Shown: positions 9,602-20,142, counted from the first letter of the stretch. The stretch: 64,000 bases of DNA from Polyangiales bacterium (GCA_038231275.1 JBBRLQ010000001.1:608001-672000), one strand, 5' to 3'. The notes: generated by a model from the letters alone, not told the origin. Made by a program: numbers and translations.

Positions 9602-10606
9602 ATGTCGCCGAGGAGGTCACGCATGCGCCGAGTCGTCACGATCGTCACCTTTGCACTCTGGGGCTGCGGTCCGCAGGAAAATCCGGGGCCTCCCGGCGCG
9701 CAAGGTCCGGCCGGCGCGCAAGGTTCGCCCGGCACCGTAGGCGCACCGGGCGAGCCCGGATCGGCGGGAACGGGCGGCGATGCGGGGCCTCCTGGTCCGC
9801 CGGGCCCCGCCGGTTCGCCCGGCGATGCAGGTTCCCCCGGTCCTTCCGTCGACGGCGGCGCGTACATCTGGAACGGTACGACGCCGCAGTCTGCGAGCTT
9901 CTGGGTCACTGGCGACGGCCGCGTCGGTGGCGGCATGCACGTCGGCGGCGCGAGCCTCTCGGCGACCCCTCCTCAGTACACGACGTTCGTGAGCGGGAAC
10001 GGCGCGGGCGAGAACTACCACGTCGTGGACGACGGCACCCGCCAACTGGTCACCGGTGTGAGCGGAGCGCGCGGAGCGATCGTGAGCGCCGTCTCGTCGC
10101 CGCTGGTCCTCGAATCGGCGGTCGCCACCACGACCGTCAAGGGGATCGACGTCCTCGTCGAGGCGGCGTCGTCGCTTGCGCTGACCGGCAACACGATCAA
10201 CTCACAGTCGACCGCGAACACAAAGATCGCCGCCGGCGCGCAGCTCCAGCTCCAGGGAAGCTCGAACGTGACGGTTACATCGCCGGGAAGCGTCAACGTC
10301 AACGCGACGCTCCTTCAGCTGAACGCGACGCTCACGAACGTCTCCGGCACCCTGGGCGTGGGCGTCATGCTCGTCACGAACGGTCCGAACTGCGTCCCGA
10401 ACGGGGTCAACTTCGACTGCACGTGCCCGTCGGGTATGACGGTCCTCAGCGGCGGAGGGATCGCCCCGAATGGCGCGATGCTGCGCGCCTCGATGCCGCT
10501 CGGCACCACCGGCTGGCGCGTCAGCTGCGCGCAGACCATCTCCGGCACCACCATCGACATCCCGTGCGCGACCGCCTCCGCGATCTGCGCGCGCCTCGGA
10601 CCGTGA
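9602..10606 (+). CDS. collagen-like surface fibre protein (probable lipoprotein)
   Basis: FALWGC lipobox-like motif, 18 Gly-X-Y triplets, beta-rich stalk, CPSG..VLSGGG C-terminal domain. Confidence 0.8.
   Translation: MSPRRSRMRRVVTIVTFALWGCGPQENPGPPGAQGPAGAQGSPGTVGAPGEPGSAGTGGDAGPPGPPGPAGSPGDAGSPGPSVDGGAYIWNGTTPQSASFWVTGDGRVGGGMHVGGASLSATPPQYTTFVSGNGAGENYHVVDDGTRQLVTGVSGARGAIVSAVSSPLVLESAVATTTVKGIDVLVEAASSLALTGNTINSQSTANTKIAAGAQLQLQGSSNVTVTSPGSVNVNATLLQLNATLTNVSGTLGVGVMLVTNGPNCVPNGVNFDCTCPSGMTVLSGGGIAPNGAMLRASMPLGTTGWRVSCAQTISGTTIDIPCATASAICARLGP
9686..9847 (+). repeat. collagen Gly-X-Y repeat (18 triplets)
   Basis: [15 protein letters not shown] ... GSP GPS, uninterrupted. Confidence 0.9.
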
Positions 10607-10630
10607 TGGGTCGCCAGAGTCGTTCCCGCG

Positions 10631-11641
10631 TCAGAGCCCCGCTTCGGTGGCCTTCGCGTCGATGTACGCGTGGCAGACGGGGCGCCCTACGAAATCCGAG
10701 TAATCCGGGATCGCGCTGGCGTTCGACGGATCGTGGGGGCGCGTCGTGATTAGCGTCACGTGCACGCACCACGTCGCGCCGGCGTTGCACCCCGACGCGC
10801 TCGCGTCGTTCTGGAAGTAGCCGCCGTACTCCGCGCCGAGCGACTGCATCGTGCCGGCGTTGGGCGAGCTCGTCGCGCCGTCGTGCGACGAGACGAAATA
10901 CGCGCGCCGCAATCGCGCGACGGAGGCCGCGGTGAGCCCGCTCTGCCCGCCGTCGAGATCGAAGTACACGACGCGCTTGTCGGTGACGCCCCCCGGATCG
11001 AGCCCGCCGGCGAGCTGGCCGAGCAGCTCGTGCGCGACGAAGCTGCCGCTCGAGTGACCGAGCGCGAGGACGAACTTCGTCTTCGCCGTGACGCGCGGGA
11101 CGATCGCCTCGGCGATCTTGGAGTTGCCGATTTCCTGGTTCGTGTATGTCGGCGTGTCGGGCCCTTGCACCGCGAAGACGTGACGCACGCCGCGCGGTCC
11201 GAGCGACGCGTGGTAGAGCGCCGTCACCCACGCCTCGGCGGCCGCGAGCGTGACGCCGTAGCCCGCGTACGCGATGACGACGCCGTCGCCGAGCGGGTTC
11301 AGCGTGTCCTTGCGCGCCACACCGAAGCCCACCGCTGCACCGGTCTCCCAAGGGATTTGCTCGATCGGCGGCGGAGGAGGCGGAGGAGGTGGTGGCGGCG
11401 TCGGCGGGGGATGGGATCCACCGTCGATCTTGGCGGCGTCGGCTCCAGCGTCGCTCGTGATCGGTGTGCTGCCCGCGGCGTCGACATCCGGGGTGGGGTC
11501 CGAAGTCGGCGTGGCGGTCCCACCGTCGCCCGTCGCCGAGGGGTCGCTGCCCGCGCCGTCGCTGCATCCGACGGTCGAGGCGCTCGACAACAAGAGGAGG
11601 AGAGACCCCTTCACGAGACACGTGGCGACCGCAGAACGCAT
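10631..11641 (-). CDS. secreted lipoprotein, alpha/beta-hydrolase-like
   Basis: lipobox TVGC, Pro-rich linker, GHSSG nucleophile elbow; SD GGAGG. Confidence 0.7.
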   Translation of the reverse strand: MRSAVATCLVKGSLLLLLSSASTVGCSDGAGSDPSATGDGGTATPTSDPTPDVDAAGSTPITSDAGADAAKIDGGSHPPPTPPPPPPPPPPPIEQIPWETGAAVGFGVARKDTLNPLGDGVVIAYAGYGVTLAAAEAWVTALYHASLGPRGVRHVFAVQGPDTPTYTNQEIGNSKIAEAIVPRVTAKTKFVLALGHSSGSFVAHELLGQLAGGLDPGGVTDKRVVYFDLDGGQSGLTAASVARLRRAYFVSSHDGATSSPNAGTMQSLGAEYGGYFQNDASASGCNAGATWCVHVTLITTRPHDPSNASAIPDYSDFVGRPVCHAYIDAKATEAGL

Positions 11642-11659
11642 GGCGTCCTCCGTTGCCTC

Positions 11660-11674
11660 GCAATGGCTGCGCCA
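11660..11674 (-). promoter_or_regulatory. candidate sigma54 promoter
   Basis: minus-strand TGGCGCAGCCATTGC fits TGGCRC-N5-TTGC, upstream of ATG 11641. Confidence 0.6.
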
Positions 11675-11791
11675 ACGAAAAAGGCGCCAAAATGCTGCAA
11701 AATCGTCGACGATCCAGGCGCGAGCAACCGCGAGATCGCGTGAGGCCGCGCATGTCCTCCCGCAAGGCCGGCAGGACGCTACGCTCGCCGA

Positions 11792-12619
11792 ATGGGCCTC
11801 CCGCCTCGCGTCACCCCCGCCACGCGCGACGACTACGACGCGTGCGCGCGCCTCTTCGCCGAGCTCGCGGTGCCCGATCCGGTGTGGCCCCGTGAGCGCT
11901 TCGTCGAGAGCGTCGCGCCCGACACGATCGTGCTGCGCTCGGAGGGTGGTGAGGGCGGTGAGGACGAGGAGGTCGTCGGCTACGCTTGGGCGCGCCCACG
12001 CGGCGACGTCATGCACGTCGTCCACGTCGTCGTCGATCCGCGAGCACGGCGCAGCGGCGCAGGTGACCTACTCATGACGGCGCTGGCGGAGCGCGCGCGT
12101 GCGTCGGGTCTCGCGCGCTGGATGCTCAACGTGAAGCCCGACAACGTCGCCGCGCGCCGCCTCTACGAGAGGCACGGCATGCACGTCGCGTTCGAGTCGG
12201 CCTCGGTGCGCTTCTCATGGTCGGACGTCGAACGGCTCGACGAAGCTCCGGGAATGCGCGCTCGCCCATTGACGATCGCCGACGACGCTGCCTTCGAAGC
12301 CGCATGTGGCCTCGCGCGCGGCGAGATCGCGAGCCTGCGCGACGCCCAGGGCCGCGTGGCGCTCGGTGCGTGTGACATCGCAGGCACGCCCTTGGCCTTC
12401 GCGGCGTTCGACCGCGACTTCCCCGGACTCTCACCCGTTCGCGCCAGCGCCTCCGGCTCCGCCCGCGCCCTCCTCGCCGCGGCGCGCCCCTTCGTCCACG
12501 CCGGACAGACCTGGCTTCGCATCTTCGCGGAAGGAGATCCGGCGCTAGAGGAAGCGCTCACACGCGCCGGCGGCCAGGTTGTCCTCCGCGCGCTCCGTAT
12601 GGAGGGCACCGTCCCCTAG
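11792..12619 (+). CDS. GNAT N-acetyltransferase (tandem GNAT-like)
   Basis: VDPRARRSGAG motif A, NVAARRLYERHG motif B. Confidence 0.85.
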   Translation: MGLPPRVTPATRDDYDACARLFAELAVPDPVWPRERFVESVAPDTIVLRSEGGEGGEDEEVVGYAWARPRGDVMHVVHVVVDPRARRSGAGDLLMTALAERARASGLARWMLNVKPDNVAARRLYERHGMHVAFESASVRFSWSDVERLDEAPGMRARPLTIADDAAFEAACGLARGEIASLRDAQGRVALGACDIAGTPLAFAAFDRDFPGLSPVRASASGSARALLAAARPFVHAGQTWLRIFAEGDPALEEALTRAGGQVVLRALRMEGTVP

Positions 12620-12678
12620 CGTGTCACGCCCTCGATCACCTAACCGCTATCACCGCCCAAGCGCGCCTATTGAGTCCG

Positions 12679-13431
12679 TCAGTCGGCCGAGTCGACGCCG
12701 GCGTCGCCGCCAGCAACGGCCGGCTCACACCGCGCGCCGAGATCGAACCCGTGCGCCGGCGCGCGACGCAATCGAAGCTCGGTGGGCCGCGCGAAGACGC
12801 CGTCCTCGACGAGCAGGTCCTCCGGGTGGTTTCGGTTCCACAGCCTCTGGAACGCTTTGGTGCTGAGACCGGCGAGATCGACGTCGCCCCCCGCCGAGTA
12901 GTCGTGATGAACGGGATCGGCGCTCCCGAACCAGTGGAACCCTTGCGCGACGAGGAGTCGCGAGCGCCCGCCGACCGCGTCGACCGCCAGACCCTGCTCG
13001 TGATTGCTCGCCCCGACCGGCGCCGCCAGGCCGATGCCGCAGCGGCTCCCTGTGTACCAGCGATGGAGGAGGTACTGCTGCGGCGTGGTGCGGAGCGCGG
13101 AGTTGATCGTGATCGCGCCGCGCGCGCCCGCACGCCGGAGGGCGTCGGCCGCGGACTGCTGGAGGTAGGGGAACACGTCGGCGTCGAGCGTCACGCCGGC
13201 GAGACCGTCGATGCGGACGAGCGCGCCGGGCTGCATGCAGTCGACCTCGGCGACGAGCTGCTCGGCGAGCCCGCGCACGACGTCGGTGGAGCATCCGCCG
13301 CGCACCGCCGCCGCGTCCACGGTGCCGGCGACGACGTCGGCCTCGCTCGACCCGGGCGAGCCCTCCGAGTCAGCGCCGCACGCGCACGCGACGATCGCAG
13401 CGACGCTGGCGAGGAGGAAGCGAATCCGCAT
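12679..13431 (-). CDS. M15-type (VanY-like) D,D-peptidase with C-terminal peptidoglycan-binding domain, lipoprotein
   Basis: INSALRT..QQ, SNHEQGLAVD, DPVH; AFQRLWN...EDGVF PG-binding pattern. Confidence 0.75.
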   Translation of the reverse strand: MRIRFLLASVAAIVACACGADSEGSPGSSEADVVAGTVDAAAVRGGCSTDVVRGLAEQLVAEVDCMQPGALVRIDGLAGVTLDADVFPYLQQSAADALRRAGARGAITINSALRTTPQQYLLHRWYTGSRCGIGLAAPVGASNHEQGLAVDAVGGRSRLLVAQGFHWFGSADPVHHDYSAGGDVDLAGLSTKAFQRLWNRNHPEDLLVEDGVFARPTELRLRRAPAHGFDLGARCEPAVAGGDAGVDSAD

Positions 13432-13446
13432 TTGGCGCAGGTCACT

Positions 13447-13461
13447 GCAAGGCACGTGCCG
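13447..13461 (-). promoter_or_regulatory. candidate sigma54 promoter
   Basis: minus-strand CGGCACGTGCCTTGC(A), close to consensus, 15 nt before ATG 13431. Confidence 0.65.
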
Positions 13462-13600
13462 ATGTCGCACATGTGCACACACGTAAAATTCTCAATGACT
13501 TCGCGTGGCAACCGCAGAAACCACCGCGGTCGCGCGATCCGGGGTGGTTCCACCGCGGCTCACCGGCACCGTTTCGTCGCGTCGCGATAGGCTCGCGCCC

Positions 13601-15637
13601 GTGAGTTGGCTCGGGGCTCGAAGCGCGCGCGCAATCGCCGTCGCCGTCGCGATCGGCGCGGGTGCGATGCTCGCCGGCACCGGCGCGTCCGCGTTCGTGC
13701 CCGCCGGGCACAAGGTGCTCGAGTCGGTCGCGTACCGTGAGATGGGATCGCGGCGCGACGGCGCGACGCCGGCCGATCTCGTCATCCTCGCCGACCTGAC
13801 GCGCGACGGCGTCTTCGAGAAGCCGCTCTGCTTCGAGAACGCGACCGACGACTGCGCCGCGCGCTACGAGACCGATCCGCTCGCGTGGTGGCCGACGCCG
13901 CACACCGACGCGCCCGATCGCATCCTCGCGCGCCAGTTCGATCACGTCGGGCAGTGCTTCCACTTCATGGCGCAGTCGAGCGACGAGCGCGGCGACCACT
14001 ACACGACCGCCGCCGCCGCCGGCCAGCCCCACGCATCGTACGGCCTCATCTGGGACGCGTACGATCGCTGCGTCGATCTCATGTCGTCGCTCGTCGGCAA
14101 CGTGGTGGACGATCCGATCGCCGCCCGACGCGGCGCGGTGGGCATGTACGAGCTGATGCACGCCGTCATGGACTCGTACTCGCTCGCGCACGTCGAGCGC
14201 GACTTCGCGAGCTGGGCCCACGAGGACGCGCGCACCAACGATCCGCGCATCGTCTTCCTCAAGGTGTGGCAGCCGACGGTCCCCAACCCGTTCGGTGGCG
14301 CGCACCAGAACACGCGCCACGAGATCTTCGAGGCGCGCGACGACGCGTTCATCGACGCCACACGGGTCATAGACGGTCGGCCGTGCAGCTTCTACGTGCC
14401 GCGCCCGTACTCGATGCCGTCGGCGTGCCTGTCGCAGTCGGGTCGCCTCGCCGTGGAGGCGCTCAAGGACATGATGCGCCTCGTCCACGGGCTGCGCGCG
14501 CAGATGCCGAAGCCGACGTGGTCCACCTGCGATCGCTCGGCGTGGAATTGGTTCGTCGCGAAGCATTTCGCGCACGCCGCCGTTCCCGAGCGCGCGCTCG
14601 GCCACGGGAAGCCGAGCCCCGAGCGCGTGGAGATCCCGTACCTGTTCTTCGGGACGCGCGCGCTCTTCACGCCGTCGGAGTCGCGCACCGATCTCGGCAT
14701 GTTCGGGCGCTACCTCCTCACCTCGGGCCGGTTCGATCCGGTCTCCCTGGGCGTGAGCCTCGAGCTCGGGAGTCGCCACGATTTTCGCGCGCGCCAGCAG
14801 GCGTTCATGGTCCGGCAAGACGTCGAGATGCTCTTCACGCTAGGGGACAACGTGATACTCGGCATCACGCCGTTCTCGGTGGGCTACTTCGCGGCGCCGA
14901 GCCGCGACGCGTCGCTCGAGGTCGTCACGCGCCTCGGCCGCCTCGAGTGGTTCGAGCCGTTCGGCGCGCGCCGCATCTCGCTCACCGCGTGGGGCCCGGC
15001 GGAGTATTCGTGGCTCGACGAGGAGGCGCACTGGACGTTCGGTCTCGGTATCTCGGGCGCCATGCTCGAGCACGCCGCCGGCGCCGCCGACATCTCGCTC
15101 CGTCCGCCGAAGCCGGAGCCCATCACCGGCTCGTGGCGACCGCCGGACCCGTGGGCGAGCGAGCTCCGGTCGACGAGCGGCCCGATCACGATGGGCGCGT
15201 ACGTCGGCGCGACGACCGGCGAGCATGGGCTCGTGACGGGCGCCGACGGCCAGATCCACGAGGGCCTCGAGCTCGCGTTCTTCCGCCGGAACTGGTGGCA
15301 GGAGCTGAACCCGGTCTCGTTCAGCGTGCTCTTCGACGACGCGGTCCTCATCACGCCGGGCGCCGCGCCGCACACGTCGCTCGGCGGGTACGCGAGCGGA
15401 AGGCTCTATTTTTTAGGCTCCCTCGGCGCCATCGTGACCGCCGGCGCCGATACGGGCGATCTGTCGGGCGCGGACCTCCGCCCGCCGTCGGTGCATGGCC
15501 GGGGCGGGCTCGTCCTCACGATTGGGGATCTCGATCTCATCGTCGAGTCGCCGACGATTCCTCGTTTCAGCTTCCTCGATCGCGAGATCTTCAGCGCGAA
15601 GATTGCGCTGCAGCTGTTCTCGTTTCGCAGCCGCTGA
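13601..15637 (+). CDS. exported protein: Zn-dependent PLC/P1-nuclease-like N-domain plus beta-rich C-domain
   Basis: signal peptide ending ASA-F..GH; HF, HAVMDSYSLAH, RHE motifs; amphipathic beta-strands at the C-terminus; TAGGCT 7 nt before GTG. Confidence 0.6.
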   Translation: MSWLGARSARAIAVAVAIGAGAMLAGTGASAFVPAGHKVLESVAYREMGSRRDGATPADLVILADLTRDGVFEKPLCFENATDDCAARYETDPLAWWPTPHTDAPDRILARQFDHVGQCFHFMAQSSDERGDHYTTAAAAGQPHASYGLIWDAYDRCVDLMSSLVGNVVDDPIAARRGAVGMYELMHAVMDSYSLAHVERDFASWAHEDARTNDPRIVFLKVWQPTVPNPFGGAHQNTRHEIFEARDDAFIDATRVIDGRPCSFYVPRPYSMPSACLSQSGRLAVEALKDMMRLVHGLRAQMPKPTWSTCDRSAWNWFVAKHFAHAAVPERALGHGKPSPERVEIPYLFFGTRALFTPSESRTDLGMFGRYLLTSGRFDPVSLGVSLELGSRHDFRARQQAFMVRQDVEMLFTLGDNVILGITPFSVGYFAAPSRDASLEVVTRLGRLEWFEPFGARRISLTAWGPAEYSWLDEEAHWTFGLGISGAMLEHAAGAADISLRPPKPEPITGSWRPPDPWASELRSTSGPITMGAYVGATTGEHGLVTGADGQIHEGLELAFFRRNWWQELNPVSFSVLFDDAVLITPGAAPHTSLGGYASGRLYFLGSLGAIVTAGADTGDLSGADLRPPSVHGRGGLVLTIGDLDLIVESPTIPRFSFLDREIFSAKIALQLFSFRSR

Positions 15638-15686
15638 CCGTCCGCTGGCTTGACGATCGCGCGCGGCGTGGGATTGAGTAACGCGC

Positions 15687-17072
15687 ATGTGGAGCCCGTC
15701 GCGCCCGTCACCCCCGCGCTTGCTCCTCGCGTTCGCGTGCGTCGCCGCGTGCTCGAGCGCGCGCGCTCCTGCGTCGCCGCCCCACGCGTGGCACGTCGCG
15801 GACGGGTTCATCCGCGACGCCGACGGACGCGCAGTGATCATGCACGGCGCGAACATCGCCGGCGCCGACAAGCAGGCCCCGTATTGGGACGGCAAAACCG
15901 AAGCCGACTGGCGTCGCGCGCGCGACGCGTGGGGCTTCAACGCCGCGCGCCTCGTCATCGTATGGGCAGCCGTCGAGCCGGCGCGCGGCGTGTACGACGA
16001 CGCATTCCTCGACGCGGTCGCCGCGCGCGTCGAGTGGGCGGCGCGCGCGAACATGCTCGTCGTCATCGACATGCACCAGGACGTCTACGGCGAGGGCTTC
16101 GGCTTCGACGGCGCTCCACGTTGGACGTGCGACGAGAGCCACTACGCCCACTTCAAGCCGATCGAGCCGTGGTTCTTGAACAGCCTCGACGGAGACGTGA
16201 CCGCCTGTGTGGACGGCTTCTGGGCGTCCGCCGATTTGCATGCACACTACAAGGAAGCGTGGCGTCGCCTCGCCGCGCGTCTTGTCGGGTACGACAACGT
16301 TGTCGGCTTCGACGCGATGAACGAGCCCTATTGGGGCAGCAAATCGATCCTGGATTTCGAAGGGGACCTCCTCGGGCCGTTCTACGAAGAGCTCGTCCCC
16401 GCCGTTCGCGCTGCGGCGCCGCACTGGGTCGCCTTCCTCGAGCCGTCCGCGTCGCGCAACCTCGGCGGGACGACGCGCTTGCCGACGTCGTTCTCGTTCG
16501 CCGACATCGCGTACGCGCCGCACTCGTACGATCGCGACGCCGAGAGCGGAAAAGGATTCGATCCTGCCCATCGCGTTGATCTCCTCGCCAACGTCGCCGC
16601 GCTCGCCAAAGAAGCGCGCGATCGATCGGCCGCGCTGTGGATCGGCGAATACGGCGCCCCCGGTGCCGCCCCGGGCATCGCCGAGTACATGACCGCGCAG
16701 TACGACGCGGCGGGCGCGGTGGCTGCGAGCAACATGGTCTGGGCCTACGACGCGAGCGTCAACTATGGCCTGCTCAACCCCGACGGTTCCGAGAAGCAGA
16801 GCCTCCTCGACGTCGTTGTCCGCCCGTATCCGGAGCGCATCGCCGGCGATCCGGTCTCATACGCGTTCGACGCGGCGACGAAGACGTTCACGCTCACCTA
16901 CCGACCGACGCGATCGATCACCGCGCCGACCGTCGTCTCCGTCGCGCCGCGCCTCTACCCTGCGGGCTACACGGTGGAGTGCGGAGGCTGCGTGTTCGAC
17001 AAGACCCCGGGCGGGTTCGTCGTCACGTCAGCGCCGCCCGGTGACACCGCGACGATCGTGCTTCACCCGTAA
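15687..17072 (+). CDS. GH5 endoglycoceramidase-like glycoside hydrolase
   Basis: DADGRAVIMHGAN, IDMHQDVY, NEP acid/base, GEYG nucleophile, RPYP C-domain. Confidence 0.85.
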   Translation: MWSPSRPSPPRLLLAFACVAACSSARAPASPPHAWHVADGFIRDADGRAVIMHGANIAGADKQAPYWDGKTEADWRRARDAWGFNAARLVIVWAAVEPARGVYDDAFLDAVAARVEWAARANMLVVIDMHQDVYGEGFGFDGAPRWTCDESHYAHFKPIEPWFLNSLDGDVTACVDGFWASADLHAHYKEAWRRLAARLVGYDNVVGFDAMNEPYWGSKSILDFEGDLLGPFYEELVPAVRAAAPHWVAFLEPSASRNLGGTTRLPTSFSFADIAYAPHSYDRDAESGKGFDPAHRVDLLANVAALAKEARDRSAALWIGEYGAPGAAPGIAEYMTAQYDAAGAVAASNMVWAYDASVNYGLLNPDGSEKQSLLDVVVRPYPERIAGDPVSYAFDAATKTFTLTYRPTRSITAPTVVSVAPRLYPAGYTVECGGCVFDKTPGGFVVTSAPPGDTATIVLHP

Positions 17073-17078
17073 AAAAGG

Positions 17079-17966
17079 CTACTTCGCGACGATCGCGACG
17101 TCGTCGATGTGCCAGCCCGGCTTGGCGGCCGCGAGCGCGTTGTCGGCGGTGCTCTTGCCGGTCGAGTACGCGAAGCGGACCATGAACTGGTTGGTGCGGA
17201 GCGCGACCGGCACGTCGGCCTCGAACGCTTCCCAGCCGGTGCTCTTGTTGATGAAGCCGCTCTTCGCGTCGACGTGGAACGACGATGGGCCCGGGCACAC
17301 GTACTGGCCGAGGAACCCGCGCGATGCTGCGATGCTGACGTTGCCGACGGAGGGCGGTGAGGTGATCGCCGTCGTCCACGTCGCGCCGCCGTCGCCCGAG
17401 AGCTCGACGATGCCGCCGTCGTAGTACGTGGTCCCCCCCGCGTCGGTGTAGCCGAGGAAGTCGTACGCGTGCCAGAAGGTGACTTGCACCGAGCCCGCGG
17501 CGGCGCACGACGCGAGGTCGATCACGGGCGAGCGCAGCTCTGCGCGCTGGCACTGGGCGTACGGGCCGGTGAGGCTCGTCGCGAAGCAGTTCGTGCTGGA
17601 GTGGCAGCCGAGCGCGCCGGCGGCCGCGCCGTAGGTCCATGCGTCGAAGGTGGCGCCGCTCGCGCCGTCGAGCGGCACGTGCGTGAACGCGCCGTCGCTC
17701 GACTCAAAGTCGAATGTCTTGCCGCACGCGAGGTTCACGGGGGCCGCGTCGGGCGGCGCCGCGGAGTCGACGGTCGCCGCGTCGAACCCCGGGGTCCCGC
17801 CGCCGGAGTCCGGGCTTGGGTGGGCAGCCGCTCCGGTGTCGGCCGACGCGTCCGTGTCCGTGGCGACGGTGCCGGGATCGACGGGGGCGTCGGTCACGCT
17901 GGTTCCGTCTGCGCATGCCGCGACGATGGCGGCGGTTCCGAGCACGAAAAGGCAGCTCCGAATCAT
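17079..17966 (-). CDS. lipoprotein with jelly-roll (MAM/immune-inhibitor-A-like) domain
   Basis: lipobox IVAAC; FDFES, LRSPVIDL, YDGGIVELS.DGGATW, GWHIDDV. Confidence 0.7.
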   Translation of the reverse strand: MIRSCLFVLGTAAIVAACADGTSVTDAPVDPGTVATDTDASADTGAAAHPSPDSGGGTPGFDAATVDSAAPPDAAPVNLACGKTFDFESSDGAFTHVPLDGASGATFDAWTYGAAAGALGCHSSTNCFATSLTGPYAQCQRAELRSPVIDLASCAAAGSVQVTFWHAYDFLGYTDAGGTTYYDGGIVELSGDGGATWTTAITSPPSVGNVSIAASRGFLGQYVCPGPSSFHVDAKSGFINKSTGWEAFEADVPVALRTNQFMVRFAYSTGKSTADNALAAAKPGWHIDDVAIVAK

Positions 17967-18090
17967 GGGGGCGCGCACTCTACGACAAGATCCGCGTCGC
18001 GCAAGACACGACGCCCCATCCGTCGTGAGCGGAACGCTGCAGACGCGCGGAGGGCGTCCCGCGGCGCGTGGTGCGCTAAGCTTCGCACCC

Positions 18091-19884
18091 ATGAATCGCC
18101 GCCATATCGTTGGGCTACTCGCCGTCGTTGGGGCCTGCGGCTCACCGCCGGCTCCCGCGCCGCCCACCGCGGCGAAGCTCACACCCGTCGACGCAACGCC
18201 GCCGACCCACGCCGAGTCGACCTTCGAAGCGCGCCTGCCGCCGGCGTGGCCGTACCGGGTCCCCGCCGTCGTGAAGGGCGCGCACGGGATGGTCGTGAGC
18301 GACAACGCAATCTCGTCGAAGGTCGGACGCGACGTGCTCGCGGCCGGTGGAAACGCGGTCGACGCGGCGGTCGCGACGGCGTTCGCGCTCGCGGTCGCCT
18401 ACCCGACGGCGGGCAACCTCGGCGGCGGCGGCTTCGCGGTCGCGCGCATGGGCAACGACGTGCGCGCGCTCGACTTCCGTGAGACTGCGCCCGCCGCCGC
18501 TTCACGCGACATGTACCTCGACGCGAGCGGCAAGATGCTCCCGACCGCGCGCGAGGGCATCCGCTCGGCCGGGACGCCCGGCAGCGTGGCGGGCCTATGG
18601 GAGCTCCACCACACGCTCGGCTCGAAGAGGAAGAGCTGGGCCGACGTCCTCGCGCCGGCGATCGCGCTCGCCGAGCAAGGGTTCGTGATCGACGAAGGCT
18701 TCCTCGATACGTTCAAGTTCGCCGGCGAGCGCATGAAGAAGCACCCGGTCAGCGCCGCGCTCTTCTTCCCGAACGGCGAGCTTCCCGTGAAGGGATCGAC
18801 GCTAAAGAATCCGGAGATCGCGATCGTCCTTCGCCGCATCGCCGAGAAGGGCGCGGCCGGATTCTACGAAGGGCCGACCGCCGCCGCGATCGTCGCGCAG
18901 ATGCAGAGCGAGGGCGGCCTCATCACCGCCGCGGATTTGAAGGGCTACCAGGCGAAATGGCGGACGCCGCTGGAGCTGACGTACCGCGGCCACAAGATCA
19001 CCGCGATGCCCCCGCCGTCGTCGGGCGGCGTCACGCTCGCGATGATCTGCCACATCCTGGAGGGATACGATCTGCGCGCGCTCGGGTGGCAGTCGCCGGA
19101 GGAGCTGCACGTCGTCTTCGAAGCGATGCGCCGCTCGTACGCCGCGCGCAACGCGAAGCTCGGCGATCCCGATTTCGTGAAGATGCCGCTCGACGAGCTC
19201 CTCTCCGACGGGTGGGCGAAGGCCCAGCGCGCGACGATCCTCCCCGACAAGGCCACGCCCTCCGCAGAAATCCCCAGCGCGGGACCCGCCAGCGCGAGCG
19301 GCCCGCACACCACGCACTTCTCCGTCGTCGACGACGCCGGCAACGCGGTCGCCCTCACGACGACGCTCAACTGGTTTTACGGCTCGGGCATCACGGTGAA
19401 GGGCGGCGGCTTCGTCCTCAACAACGAGATGGACGATTTTGCGGCGGTGCCGGGCACCGCGAACGGCTACGGCCTCGTGCAAGGTGAAGCGAACGCGATC
19501 GCGCCGGGAAAGCGCATGCTCTCCTCGATGGCGCCGACGATCGTGTCGGGGCCCGACGGCAAGATCGAGCTCGTCATCGGCGGCGCGGGCGGCCCCACGA
19601 TCATCACGGCGGTGTTCGAGGAGATGTCGAACGTCCTCGACTTCGGAATGGATATCGGCGCCGCCGTCGCCGCGCCCCGGTTCCACATGCAGCACCTCCC
19701 CGACGTCGTCTCGTACGAGAAAGACGGGCTCGTGGAGGCAACGGGGAAGCGGCTCGAGGCGATGGGCTACGCGCTCAAAGAGCGTGGACACATCGCCACC
19801 GCGCCGGCGATCGGCCGTGTGGGAAGCGAGTGGATCGGCGCGCCCGAGCCTCGTCGCTTGGGCACCGGCGCCGCCGCGCCTTGA
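18091..19884 (+). CDS. ggt: gamma-glutamyltransferase
   Basis: GGNAVDAAVA, DFRETAP, TTHFS autocleavage Thr, LNNEMDDF, KRMLSSM. Confidence 0.95.
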   Translation: MNRRHIVGLLAVVGACGSPPAPAPPTAAKLTPVDATPPTHAESTFEARLPPAWPYRVPAVVKGAHGMVVSDNAISSKVGRDVLAAGGNAVDAAVATAFALAVAYPTAGNLGGGGFAVARMGNDVRALDFRETAPAAASRDMYLDASGKMLPTAREGIRSAGTPGSVAGLWELHHTLGSKRKSWADVLAPAIALAEQGFVIDEGFLDTFKFAGERMKKHPVSAALFFPNGELPVKGSTLKNPEIAIVLRRIAEKGAAGFYEGPTAAAIVAQMQSEGGLITAADLKGYQAKWRTPLELTYRGHKITAMPPPSSGGVTLAMICHILEGYDLRALGWQSPEELHVVFEAMRRSYAARNAKLGDPDFVKMPLDELLSDGWAKAQRATILPDKATPSAEIPSAGPASASGPHTTHFSVVDDAGNAVALTTTLNWFYGSGITVKGGGFVLNNEMDDFAAVPGTANGYGLVQGEANAIAPGKRMLSSMAPTIVSGPDGKIELVIGGAGGPTIITAVFEEMSNVLDFGMDIGAAVAAPRFHMQHLPDVVSYEKDGLVEATGKRLEAMGYALKERGHIATAPAIGRVGSEWIGAPEPRRLGTGAAAP

Positions 19885-19942
19885 TCGCGCCGCGCCTCGC
19901 GTCCCGCCTGCGCGAAGGGGATGTCGGGCGGCTGACGCGCGC

Positions 19943-20134
19943 TCAATAGTGCGGCGGAGGCTCGTTGCTCGGCTCGTCGGGGGCGAGCTCCGCCACGCGC
20001 GTGCGCAGCGAGAGGAGCTCCTTCGTCAGGCGATCGATCACGCGCCCTTGATCGGCGACGACGCCGCTCAGCTCCTCGAGCAGGCGCTGCTGGTGCGTGT
20101 AGCGGATCTCGAGCTCGATGATGCGCGCGTCCAT
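19943..20134 (-). CDS. slyX: SlyX family protein
   Basis: RIIELEIRYTHQQ...EPPPHY signature. Confidence 0.9.
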   Translation of the reverse strand: MDARIIELEIRYTHQQRLLEELSGVVADQGRVIDRLTKELLSLRTRVAELAPDEPSNEPPPHY

Positions 20135-20142
20135 GCCGCCCC

